Assembly (NCBI GenBank): GCA_963678065.2
Contig: CAXXVZ010000002.1
Span: forward strand, 128,001 to 192,000
Direction of reading: 5' to 3'
Length of the DNA stretch: 64,000 nt
Source of the DNA: Treponemataceae bacterium
GTDB taxonomy: Bacteria > Spirochaetota > Spirochaetia > Treponematales > Rectinemataceae
A program made the translations under genes and the position numbers. Position 1 is the first letter of the stretch, and every line of letters starts with the position of its first letter. Positions 38,194 to 47,327 of the stretch are shown piece by piece. A model generated the notes under the pieces. It searched no databases. It was not told the origin of the DNA and saw only the letters and a program-made list of their open reading frames with translations.

Positions 38194-38595
38194 TCAAAAA
38201 TCAATTTTCCTTGGAGGCTGTCCCGCAACATCAGATACAAGTGCAGTTCCATGGTCAAGATAAAATACCTCGAATGCCGGATGATCGACTGTCTTGTAGA
38301 TCGATTTAACTACACTGCTCTTTTCCAATATTGCAGCCTTGATCGCGGGATCATTGCTGAACTTGACATCGCCTGAGAGCCGTATCCAGCCACCCTGCGG
38401 GTTTGAGCACGAAAACTCTGTAGTCGGATTCAGTTTGAGCTGTTTGCATACTTCTTTCGTGTTGTTGGTGCTGAAGCACAGTTTCCCTTCGAATTCCAGC
38501 ATGAATTGATAGGGGCGCACCCTCGGCCTTCCTTCCTCAAGAGTCGCGAGAAAGCCGTTGATGTTCTCGTCCAGAAATTTGACAATGTCCTGCAT
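38194..38595 (-). CDS. Pyridoxamine 5'-phosphate oxidase-like FMN-binding protein (NimA/NimC-like)
   Basis: FLATLEEGRPRVRP, FSTNNTKEV.KQL..NP, WIRLSG. AGGAGG RBS. Confidence 0.85.
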   Translation of the reverse strand: MQDIVKFLDENINGFLATLEEGRPRVRPYQFMLEFEGKLCFSTNNTKEVCKQLKLNPTTEFSCSNPQGGWIRLSGDVKFSNDPAIKAAILEKSSVVKSIYKTVDHPAFEVFYLDHGTALVSDVAGQPPRKIDF

Positions 38596-38684
38596 GATGG
38601 TAAACCTCCTTAAAATGAGATATATCCGGGCGGCAGGGCAAAAAGCCTCACCGGACATGATCTGGTTGAACTTGATCCGGCCGA

Positions 38685-39109
38685 TTATTTCACCACATCC
38701 GGATCTTGCAAGTAATGAACCTTCCCATCGGAATCCCTGTAGAACTGGCAGAGGAACTCGTCTCAGAAGAACCAGGCCTCCTGTACGGAGAAGTTGTACT
38801 AACGCCCCTGCATGATCGAGTAGCGTACCATTGGCACGCCTGCCGCGTTCAGCCAAACCTGGTGATTGTAAAGGCCGGATGTATATGTCAACGGCTTCTC
38901 GATGTCCCTGGCCTTGCTCCGCCCGATCCAGTACATCACGGTCGCCATCGGCCCGGAGGTCACGCCGCGAAGATATCGGGTGCCAGCTATAGGCTTTTAC
39001 ATCGGATGAAAAGCACGAACGGTGCAGAAGCTGCTTGCGGAGCTATCAGGAGATAAATATTTGTGCGCAGCACAAAATTCTTGCCATCAAGTTCCTTCAC
39101 AGTTGCCAT
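38685..39109 (-). pseudogene. Fragmented PHB-depolymerase-type esterase pseudogene
   Basis: 38936-38685 reads YWIG...GLYNHQVWLNAAGVPMVRYSIMQGR*YNFSVQEAWFF*DEFL...DGKVHY, with in-frame TAG 38801 and TGA 38765. It resembles the C-terminus of the 51671-55159 esterase. APDIFAA fragment upstream. Confidence 0.65.
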
Positions 39110-39124
39110 CACGATTTCCTTTTA

Positions 39125-39190
39125 CGATATATCGCACATATATATTCAATATTTCATCAGGATATTACACCCGTGTTTTTGTGCTGTCAA
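39125..39190 (-). promoter_or_regulatory. Sigma70 promoter + operator upstream of the esterase pseudogene
   Basis: TTGACA(39190-39185)-17 bp-TAATAT(39167-39162). CGATATAT-N5-ATATAT at 39125-39143. Confidence 0.55.
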
Positions 39191-39264
39191 CGAGTATTTC
39201 CAGGATTGTCAATGAACAATTGGAATGACCCCATTCCTGGCAGAGCAGACATCCGGCCTGCCTG

Positions 39265-40146
39265 TTATGATGATTGAGCGGGGCAAAACGAATCGATGAA
39301 TGCTTTGGCCGCCTTGGACAGGTATCGCTTCCCGTTCCAGGCCAATCCGACGATGAGGACGAGTGGCTCGGCAAGCGGGCGGACCATGACGGAGTCCTGA
39401 TTACGAGCAATATCTTCGATGAAGAACGTGATGCCTGCCCCTTGACTGACCAGACCGATGACAGTGCCGATCTGGCTCGATGAAAAAGCAATCCGGGGGA
39501 CAAAATGGAATTTGTCGCACTCTTTCAAGATCATCTGCCGGCTGTATGTGTCCTCCCCGAACAGGATGAAAGGCTGGTCTCGCAATTTGTCGAAAGGGAT
39601 TCTTTCGTACTCCCCAAGCGGGTGACCAGGGGGCAGGCAGACCAGAATCTGACCTCGGCTTATCTGCTGGCTCTTCAGATCGGAAGGCATGTCAGATGTG
39701 ATCATGATCCCGATATCAAGTTCTCCCTTCTCGAGTTGGGCTGCAATGGACAGAGATCCTTCTTCCACGACAGCGATGCTCACATTCGGAAAATTTTTCT
39801 GAAAATGAGCGAATGCCGACGGAAATAGAACGGCTCCCATCATGGGAGTGATCCCGATCCGGATTGTTCCCTTCTGCAGCAGGCGATGGTCGTTCATTTC
39901 TGCAATCGAATCGCTCACACGCGTCAGTATGTCTTCCACATGGCGCAAGAATATCTGTCCCTCCGGAGTCAGCGAGATCCGTTTCTGGCTGCGGTTCAGG
40001 AGCTTTACCCCCAGCTCTTCCTCAAGACTCTGGATCCCGATGGTCACCGAAGGCTGGGAGACATGCAATTGATCGGCTGCCCTGGTAATGTTATTCAGTC
40101 GACTCGCAGCCTGAAAATACTCGAGTTGTCGAAGTTCCATTGCCAT
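39265..40146 (-). CDS. LysR-family transcriptional regulator
   Basis: MELRQLEYF...ITRAADQLHVSQPSVT..IQSLEEELG, LTPEG. Confidence 0.95.
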   Translation of the reverse strand: MAMELRQLEYFQAASRLNNITRAADQLHVSQPSVTIGIQSLEEELGVKLLNRSQKRISLTPEGQIFLRHVEDILTRVSDSIAEMNDHRLLQKGTIRIGITPMMGAVLFPSAFAHFQKNFPNVSIAVVEEGSLSIAAQLEKGELDIGIMITSDMPSDLKSQQISRGQILVCLPPGHPLGEYERIPFDKLRDQPFILFGEDTYSRQMILKECDKFHFVPRIAFSSSQIGTVIGLVSQGAGITFFIEDIARNQDSVMVRPLAEPLVLIVGLAWNGKRYLSKAAKAFIDSFCPAQSS

Positions 40147-40154
40147 ATGCTCCC

Positions 40155-40177
40155 TATAATAGTTTCAAACTATTATA
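40155..40177. promoter_or_regulatory. LysR recognition site (perfect inverted repeat)
   Basis: TATAATAGTTT-C-AAACTATTATA contains ATAG-N7-CTAT (T-N11-A). Lies between divergent lysR and ALDH. Confidence 0.7.
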
Positions 40178-40339
40178 CTATAAAAAACAAATATTTTACA
40201 TCTATGATTCATCTCAGTATCATGCAATCAGATCTGATTGTGGCTCGCGAGCCGGTCTTGCGATGCACTGACTGGGCGCGCGCTGTTACAAGGATCTGAG
40301 CACAGAAAGCCGGGGAAAGGCCGGAAAAGGAGAAAAGGT

Positions 40340-41797
40340 ATGGGTGAAGTGCGGAATCATCGAAATTTCATCGACGGCAAATGGGTCGCACCCCATTCGG
40401 GGAAGTACCTTCAGGACAGCAACCCCGCTGACTGCACTGATCTCATAGGCAATTTTCCCTTATCAGACGCGGAAGATGTCCATGCCGCCGCGGAAGGTGC
40501 CCACAAGGCTTTCAAGCTCTGGAGTCAGCTGAAACCTGCAAAGAGGGAGACATACATCGATCGTTTTGCGGCGCTTCTGGAGCGGAACAGACAAAAAATC
40601 GGCGAAGCGCTCTGTCGCGAGGAAGGAAAAACTCTCAAGGAAGCCATCGGGGAGCCTGATCGCGGTGTTGAGGAATCCCGTTATTTTTCCGGCGAAGGTC
40701 GACGCCTCGAAGGGATCACGATGCCCAGCGATCGCGAGGGGGTGACGAGCGTGGCAACCCGTGTGCCGATCGGGGTTGTCGCCGCGATCAACCCGTGGAA
40801 TTTCCCCATCCTGACGCCCCTTCGCAAGATCATCCCGGCGCTGGTCACTGGCAACACAGTCCTCTTCAAACCGGCAAACGATACACCCCATTGCGGCGTA
40901 CTGCTGATGGAGTTGTTCGAGGAGGCCGGCTTGCCGCCTGGTGTGGTGAACATGGTCATCGGGCAGGGCAGCACAATGGGCGACGCGATCGCGGGCAATC
41001 CGCTGGTCCGGGGGATCACCTTCACTGGCTCTACCGCAGTCGGGCGCAGAATCAACACTGTGGCCGCAGGGCACTTTGCCAAGGTACAGCTGGAGATGGG
41101 CGGTAAAAACCCGGCCATCGTCGCAGATTACCAAAACCTGGATTTCGCCGCTGCCCAGATCACTTCAGCGGCGTTCGCGGTAAGTGGGCAACGCTGTACC
41201 TCGATCAGCCGTCTTATAGTGCTCAGAGAACATGCCGAGGCCTTGGAAAACAAGATCGCGGAGAAGATGAAGTCCTATATCGTCGGCAACGGCATGAATC
41301 CCAAGGTCACGATCGGACCGATCATCAATCGCGCCGCCGGCGAGAGCATCATGGCGTATATCCGCGGGGCCAGGGAGACGGGAGCCACGATCAAGGCCGG
41401 GGGCAATCAGCTGAAAGGCGGCGACCTGGATAGAGGATTTTACATCGAACCGACGCTTATATCTGACGTCACACCTGACATGAAAGTGGCTATCGATGAA
41501 ATCTTCGGACCCGTCCTGGTCAGCATCAAGGTGGATTCGTTCGAGGAGGCCATGGAAGTTGCAAACAACACCGAATATGGTTTGGCCGCTTCGCTTTTTT
41601 CCGACAATCTCTCATATATCCATACATTCCAGCGCGATATAGAAACCGGCATGGCTCATGTCAACCATGGGACCATAACGGACTCCTGCATGCCTTTCGG
41701 CGGCGTGAAAAGTTCCGGCTTGGGGCCATTCTCCAAGGGGGCGACAAACAAGGATTTCTTCACGACCTACAAAGTCAATTATCTGAAATTCATTTAG
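40340..41797 (+). CDS. NAD(P)-dependent aldehyde dehydrogenase (KGSADH/YcbD-like)
   Basis: INPWNFP, FTGSTAVG, LEMGGKNP, GQRCT, EIFGP, PFGGVK.SG. Confidence 0.95.
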   Translation: MGEVRNHRNFIDGKWVAPHSGKYLQDSNPADCTDLIGNFPLSDAEDVHAAAEGAHKAFKLWSQLKPAKRETYIDRFAALLERNRQKIGEALCREEGKTLKEAIGEPDRGVEESRYFSGEGRRLEGITMPSDREGVTSVATRVPIGVVAAINPWNFPILTPLRKIIPALVTGNTVLFKPANDTPHCGVLLMELFEEAGLPPGVVNMVIGQGSTMGDAIAGNPLVRGITFTGSTAVGRRINTVAAGHFAKVQLEMGGKNPAIVADYQNLDFAAAQITSAAFAVSGQRCTSISRLIVLREHAEALENKIAEKMKSYIVGNGMNPKVTIGPIINRAAGESIMAYIRGARETGATIKAGGNQLKGGDLDRGFYIEPTLISDVTPDMKVAIDEIFGPVLVSIKVDSFEEAMEVANNTEYGLAASLFSDNLSYIHTFQRDIETGMAHVNHGTITDSCMPFGGVKSSGLGPFSKGATNKDFFTTYKVNYLKFI

Positions 41798-41812
41798 AGC
41801 GTATGGATAAAC

Positions 41813-42559
41813 CTATGGCTTTGCCATGGCTCTGTCACCGCAGTGCGGACAGGCTGGATCCCTCGGAATTTCAAGTTCGACAAATTTCATCTGGATACCG
41901 TCGAAGAACAGGAGACGTCCCGGAATGACCGTGCCTCTACCCGTGATTAGCTTTATCGCTTCTGTAGCCTGCAGGGTTCCGATAAGCCCGGAGGCGGTTC
42001 CAATCACAGGCGTAATGCCTTTTTGCACAGCATCGCGATACAGACACACAAGACAGGCTGACTTTCCGGGAAACACAGTCATCATCTGGCCGCTGAAGGA
42101 ATTCACGGCTCCGTGAACAACAGGCAGGCCACGTTCGATCGCAGCTTTGTTCAATATGAAGCGGGAAGGAAAATTATCAAGAGCATCTATTATCAGACTG
42201 CAGTCGCCGATCAAGGCGTGGGCGTTTTCGGCAGTCAACTCCACGTTTTTTGACTCGACTTCTACCATGGGGTTGATGCGCGAAAGGCTTTGGGCGATGA
42301 CGGATGCTTTTCCCTTCCCGATATCCTCTTCGGCATACAGGATTTGTCGATTGAGATTGCTGAGTTCTATCCGCCCGTTATCCACGATTCCGAGGTAACC
42401 GACTCCTGCGACTGCAAGATAGAGCGCGATGCTGCATCCCAAACCGCCAGCGCCAGCTATGAAAACTCGGGCATTGGCCAGTTTTTCCTGTGCCTCCGGG
42501 CCAAAACCATCTATCGCCAGTTGCCTGGAATACCTCTCGCCATTGCTGTCAGAAAGCAT
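41813..42559 (-). CDS. ThiF/MoeB family adenylyltransferase (E1-like)
   Basis: RYSRQ, GAGGLG, ELSNLNRQ, DALDN, CLVC and CPHC zinc pairs. Start uncertain. Confidence 0.92.
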   Translation of the reverse strand: MLSDSNGERYSRQLAIDGFGPEAQEKLANARVFIAGAGGLGCSIALYLAVAGVGYLGIVDNGRIELSNLNRQILYAEEDIGKGKASVIAQSLSRINPMVEVESKNVELTAENAHALIGDCSLIIDALDNFPSRFILNKAAIERGLPVVHGAVNSFSGQMMTVFPGKSACLVCLYRDAVQKGITPVIGTASGLIGTLQATEAIKLITGRGTVIPGRLLFFDGIQMKFVELEIPRDPACPHCGDRAMAKP

Positions 42560-42606
42560 TGCTGACCCCGCATGAAAATCCGCTACAAAAGTGCGCATCC
42601 GATCCG

Positions 42607-43731
42607 TCAGTCGACGATCTGCCATTCCCGGCCGAGATCGCCAAGTCCTTCGCAGCCTGATTCAGTGACGGCCACAGCATCTTCTATCTTCACATGGCCC
42701 ACTCCGGGATGGAGAAAATCCGTTTCGATAGACAAAACCATGCCCTTTTCCAGCAACTGCGCGCTTTCGCCGGTAAAAATCGGCTGTTCGTACGGAACCA
42801 TGCCGATGCCATGTATCACAAACCGCGCATAATCAGAAAATGCGTAACGATGGGCGGCGGTGGCCCCTTCCTCGATCAATTTCCTGCACGAAGCACCTGG
42901 CTGTATGAGACTCCGGACATAGTTTTGAACCTGGATACAAGCATCGTACAATTCCTTCGCAAGTTTGGGCGGTTCCCCGATACATCCCATCCTGCAAATG
43001 TCGGCGATCAGATCCCGTTCGTTTCCGCCGGCATCGATATGGAGTATCTGGCCCTTTTCCCACCGTGCCGACGAAGGCGCGCGCAAAAAACCGGGACCTG
43101 CGCACACAAGCGCGAACAGGAACGAAACATTCCTTCTGGTCAATTCCAGTTCTACCCGCGATGCGATTTCCCGAGTCGTCTCGCTCTGGCGACTCGCCCT
43201 GAAAGCAGCCTGTATGGCCTCGGCGGTATGCGAATAGACTCGCCTTATGATCACCAGCTCTTCTTCGCTTTTTATCGCGCGGAGCTTATCCATTACGGGG
43301 GTAATATCCGTGAAATTCGCATGGGGAAGCTCTGTCGTGAGCGCCATAAAAACATCCGCGGGCAGAAAAGGCATCTCGACTCCGATGGTCGCGGTCTGAA
43401 GCCCCAAGCGCTTTATCGCATCGATAGCACCGAGAGCGGTTGTCGTCGTACCGCGAAGCGCCTCAACGAAGTCGGTTATCCAGATGCCTCCTTCGGCATC
43501 TATCTGCCCCCGTTCCTCTGCCCTTCCGACATAAAAGGATTCCGAAAGACGATCGCGCGGGATGCCCAGCAAAGGAAGATACTGCGACAACCCCATCCTC
43601 GAAGAGAGGGCATGAAAATGATAATAATACCCTCCCAGAAGATACCTCACATTGTGCCTAGTATTGATGAGCATCAGGGAGATGCCGGCTTCGGTCAGGA
43701 GTCCATTCAGCTTTCTGGAATCAAAAGGCAC
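42607..43731 (-). CDS. M24-family (Xaa-Pro peptidase/creatinase fold) hydrolase
   Basis: LRAIKSEEE, HIDAGG...ADICR, HGIG, SIET, KIED metal ligands. GTG start chosen to avoid overlap with aroQ. Confidence 0.85.
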   Translation of the reverse strand: MPFDSRKLNGLLTEAGISLMLINTRHNVRYLLGGYYYHFHALSSRMGLSQYLPLLGIPRDRLSESFYVGRAEERGQIDAEGGIWITDFVEALRGTTTTALGAIDAIKRLGLQTATIGVEMPFLPADVFMALTTELPHANFTDITPVMDKLRAIKSEEELVIIRRVYSHTAEAIQAAFRASRQSETTREIASRVELELTRRNVSFLFALVCAGPGFLRAPSSARWEKGQILHIDAGGNERDLIADICRMGCIGEPPKLAKELYDACIQVQNYVRSLIQPGASCRKLIEEGATAAHRYAFSDYARFVIHGIGMVPYEQPIFTGESAQLLEKGMVLSIETDFLHPGVGHVKIEDAVAVTESGCEGLGDLGREWQIVD

Positions 43732-43751
43732 ATTCAAGGGTTCACACTTCC

Positions 43752-44198
43752 TCAGCGTTGTTTCTTCACCAGATGAGAGTGCAATGCCCGAAGGGCCAAC
43801 AAATAGCTGTCTATTCCCAATCCGGATATCTGTCCGATACATACGGGCACGATTACGGATTGATGCCTGAATGACTCACGGGCGTGAATATTGGTGATAT
43901 GAACTTCTATGGCAGGGAGGTTGACGGAGGCGACGGCATCCCGCAAGGAATAGCAGTAGTGGGTAAAGGCACCGGGATTGATCAGGATTGCATCCGCCCA
44001 TTCCGATTCCTGCTGGATCCAGTCGACAATCTGGCCTTCCCAGTTGGTCTGGAAAATCTTCAGCTCCACATCCAGTTCCCCGGCCAGTTTTTTCAGGGCA
44101 TCATTGACATCATTCATCGTGAAGTTGCCATACATCGCCGGTTCGCGTTTTCCGAGCCAGTTGATGCTGGAACCATGCAACACCAGAATCTTGTACAT
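43752..44198 (-). CDS. aroQ: Type II 3-dehydroquinate dehydratase (variant N-terminal motif)
   Basis: LG.REP..YG, QTNWEG, INPGAFTHY, EVHITNIHARESFRH.S. Confidence 0.9.
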   Translation of the reverse strand: MYKILVLHGSSINWLGKREPAMYGNFTMNDVNDALKKLAGELDVELKIFQTNWEGQIVDWIQQESEWADAILINPGAFTHYCYSLRDAVASVNLPAIEVHITNIHARESFRHQSVIVPVCIGQISGLGIDSYLLALRALHSHLVKKQR

Positions 44199-44323
44199 CT
44201 TGAACTCCTGTATCGCTGTTTCAGACGGATCAAAATGCATCCATACATGCGTCACCCTACATGAATCCACTATTCAGGACAATCCTTCCTTCGACAACTT
44301 CATGGTTTTTTTAGCCTTTTTGA

Positions 44324-44575
44324 TCAACCTCCTCCGATAGGAGGGAAGAGTGACAGCTTTTCCCCGCCTTCCAGTACCGAATCGAGCTGACTGCGCTTGT
44401 TATCGATGAAAACGAGCCCGACATAGTCTTCCGGTATGCCGAGTTCAACGAGAATGTCGCCTACAGATATTTGATTTTCAATGGAATACCCATTCTGGAT
44501 CCGTGATTTGTATTTTTGAAGCGAAGCATACAGTACCACTTCAACTTTCTTCACGGGCGCACTTTTCACCGTCAT
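44324..44575 (-). CDS. MoaD/ThiS-family ubiquitin-like sulfur carrier
   Basis: Beta-grasp size, LYASLQKY, ends LFPPIGGG*. AAGGAG RBS. Confidence 0.88.
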   Translation of the reverse strand: MTVKSAPVKKVEVVLYASLQKYKSRIQNGYSIENQISVGDILVELGIPEDYVGLVFIDNKRSQLDSVLEGGEKLSLFPPIGGG

Positions 44576-44711
44576 CGCTCCTTGCCCGAAATTTCCTTTC
44601 TTTAACCTTGCATTCACAACAGATAAAATAATTAGCGTGCGCTATGTCGTCGTATTACCACAAACGGAACCGGGTGACAAGAATTTGTTTGATTTATAAA
44701 ACCTACAGGGC

Positions 44712-45974
44712 CTATTTTACTACAGCATGTCCCTTCCGGCCTCTGGCAATCAGAGCGAAGCCCGACAGGGCGCACAGAAAGATCGATCCTGCCATAGCCG
44801 ACGGATTTGATCCTCCGATCGCGCTGACCGCGATCGAGGCCACAGTCGCCATAACCATCTGAAGCGAACCGAGCACTGCTGCGGCGCTGCCCGCCTTTGT
44901 CCCGAAAGGTCCAAGCGACATCGCGGTTGTGTTGGGATTGAGAAAGCCGTGACAGAAAAGGTATGTCATCAGAAATGCACTCGTGGTGAGTGGTCCGAGA
45001 ATGCCTGCCACCGCGCAGACTGCCATGGCCGTCGCCGTCAGCGCCTGGACGGCGCTCGCGGCGAGCGTCAGATCAGCAATCGGGCGGGAACGAAGAAGCC
45101 TCCTGTTGAGCTGGCTGCCAACGACAAGGCAAACGGCGTTCAGGCCGAAAGCCAGTCCAAACTGAGTTTTGGAATATCCGAAGTGCTGCATGAAGACCGA
45201 TGCCGCGCACGCGATGTAGGCGAACATGCCGGCGCCAGAGAATCCCCCGGCGAGAGCGAGTCTCATGAAAGCCGGATTTCTTGCGACCCGCGCCAGATCA
45301 CGGGCCGCCGTCCCTGCCCATTGGCCTGTCGCAGGAGAATGAAGCGAATCGCTTGCAGCAGGCGCGGATGGATCGGCGGACACGCCCTGGCTCCCCTTCG
45401 CCCGGGCTGGTCTGTTGTCGGGAATGAACACCCAGGTGATGAAAGCGAGCACCATGGAAAAGAGGGCAAGGATGGCAAAGATAAACCGCCACCCGAAGGC
45501 GGAGACAATCATGCCGCCGATGCTCGGGGCGACCATGGGCGCGACGCCCATCACGAGCATAATTAGCGAGTAGACTCTCGCCGCTTCATTGACAGGAAAG
45601 AGGTCGCGCACTACCGCGCGACTGCCTACCATCCCGGCGCAGCCCCCAAGTGCGAGCATGAATCGCATGAATACCAGAGTGCCGAGGTTCGGCGAGAGGC
45701 CGCAGCCCAGCGCGGCGAGACAATAGATGACCAGTCCCGCGAGGAGCGGAAGGCGACGACCGAACCTGTCCATCAGGGGACCGTATGCGAGTTGCCCGAG
45801 GGAAATGCCGATGAAGTAGCTTGACAGCGAATACCCGACGCGCGATACCTCCGCGCCGAAGTCATGTGCGATGGCGGTGAAGGAAGGAAGATACATGTCG
45901 ATGGACATAGGACCGATGGCAGCGAGCATCCCGAGGGCAATTATCATCGTTGAATCTTTTTGCCGTTCAGGCAT
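44712..45974 (-). CDS. MFS efflux transporter, Bcr/CflA family
   Basis: GPMSIDMYLPSF, GPLMDRFGRR, RAVVRDLF, AGSAAAVLG. Confidence 0.93.
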   Translation of the reverse strand: MPERQKDSTMIIALGMLAAIGPMSIDMYLPSFTAIAHDFGAEVSRVGYSLSSYFIGISLGQLAYGPLMDRFGRRLPLLAGLVIYCLAALGCGLSPNLGTLVFMRFMLALGGCAGMVGSRAVVRDLFPVNEAARVYSLIMLVMGVAPMVAPSIGGMIVSAFGWRFIFAILALFSMVLAFITWVFIPDNRPARAKGSQGVSADPSAPAASDSLHSPATGQWAGTAARDLARVARNPAFMRLALAGGFSGAGMFAYIACAASVFMQHFGYSKTQFGLAFGLNAVCLVVGSQLNRRLLRSRPIADLTLAASAVQALTATAMAVCAVAGILGPLTTSAFLMTYLFCHGFLNPNTTAMSLGPFGTKAGSAAAVLGSLQMVMATVASIAVSAIGGSNPSAMAGSIFLCALSGFALIARGRKGHAVVK

Positions 45975-46234
45975 CTCTTCCTCCCTGCCGTGCCGGAATT
46001 GCGCCGGCACCAGCAAAATTACTACTTGATCAGGATCATAAATGGCGGATTACTCAGCTACAGATCATACCGCGGGGCCAGGGCTCGCGCCTCTTTTCTG
46101 ATACTGGAGTGATACGGAATGTCGCAAAAACAGCGCATAGAAACGCTGATTTCCTCATGAGTCATCCACCAGGGGAAACAGTACCGCTCGACTCCATGCG
46201 GAATCGAGCGGCTTCAGGTTTATAGTGTGACTGC

Positions 46235-47164
46235 CTATCCCAGCATGCCGAATTCCCGCCTCAGCGCATTGAACATCCCCTCGCGAATCCACATCGTCAG
46301 CGGAGCGGGCACGAGGTCCACACCGTGTGAAACTCGCGGAAGGCTGTACAGTTCGGTAGGCACGGCGAACTCCATGAGGCGCCTGGCATAGTCGATCCCC
46401 TCATCGCGCAGGGGATCGTACTCGCAAGTGACGACGCAAGCCGGCGGAAGACCGGATAGGTCCCTGGCCAGGGCGGGTACGGCGTAATAGGAGGGCTGGC
46501 CGCCATTGAAACCACCTGTATACAATCCCCAGACAAAAGACATCCCATCGCCTTTGACTAGAGGCGCGCCCTCAAAGAATTGATGCACCGAGAGGGTGTT
46601 CGGCTTGTAGTCGAAGGTGGAATAGTTCAGTATCTGAAGGCGTATCTTCGGACCTCCCTTGTCGCGGAGCCAGAGGCAGAGACCAGCTGTGATGGCTCCG
46701 CCGGCGCTCGTGCCAAGAAGGGCGATCCTTTCGCGGTCCACGCCGATCTCGACGGCGTGCTCGTAGACCCAGGCGAGCACCGCGAGGCAATCCTCGATCT
46801 GGGCCGGAAAAACTGCCTTCGGTGCGAGCCGGTATTCGACGGAGAGGACGACGCAGGGCACGCCGGCGGCGAAGGCCGCAGCGCGGTGGTTGTCCCGGTC
46901 CCTCCCGCCGGAGACGAAACCGCCCCCGTGGATGTTGATGACGAGGGGGGCGTTTTTCACGGCGGGATCCTTATAGAGGCGGACCGGGACCTCGGGGGCG
47001 TCCTTCGGTCCGGGAACGTTGAAATCCCTGATCTCCATGCCCTTGGGCGGCTTGTAGTTGGTGACCGCTGCAAGTCTGGCATCGAAATTCCCTATGTCAT
47101 CCGGCCTTGCCGAGGCGCTCAAGTCCCACAGGCACTGATATCCGGGATGCGGATTCATCTTCAT
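46235..47164 (-). CDS. HSL-family alpha/beta hydrolase (esterase)
   Basis: HGGG, YRLAP, GTSAG, EYDPLRDEG, HG. Confidence 0.92.
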   Translation of the reverse strand: MKMNPHPGYQCLWDLSASARPDDIGNFDARLAAVTNYKPPKGMEIRDFNVPGPKDAPEVPVRLYKDPAVKNAPLVINIHGGGFVSGGRDRDNHRAAAFAAGVPCVVLSVEYRLAPKAVFPAQIEDCLAVLAWVYEHAVEIGVDRERIALLGTSAGGAITAGLCLWLRDKGGPKIRLQILNYSTFDYKPNTLSVHQFFEGAPLVKGDGMSFVWGLYTGGFNGGQPSYYAVPALARDLSGLPPACVVTCEYDPLRDEGIDYARRLMEFAVPTELYSLPRVSHGVDLVPAPLTMWIREGMFNALRREFGMLG

Positions 47165-47327
47165 TTCATTCGCTCCTCTCGACGCGCGTCCCGATCGGCG
47201 CTTCGTCCTTGTTTCATTCCGCGCTGGCGCGGTCGGATTGTCATTGAAACTCTGTCCCCGTATCGTTCCCAATCATCGTCCGAGGATGGGCGGGATCAAC
47301 TCCCTGCCTGAAAGGCTCGGGACACCG

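Noticed and set aside
38763..38801. In-frame TGA/TAG as selenocysteine/pyrrolysine recoding or an alternative genetic code
   Set aside because: Neighbouring genes use TGA and TAG as normal stops, and the fragment is also truncated, so pseudogenisation is simpler.
41813..44575. Ubl + E1 as an antiphage ubiquitin-like conjugation system
   Set aside because: No E2, JAB peptidase or cyclase. The E1 is a short MoeB/ThiF type in a metabolic context.
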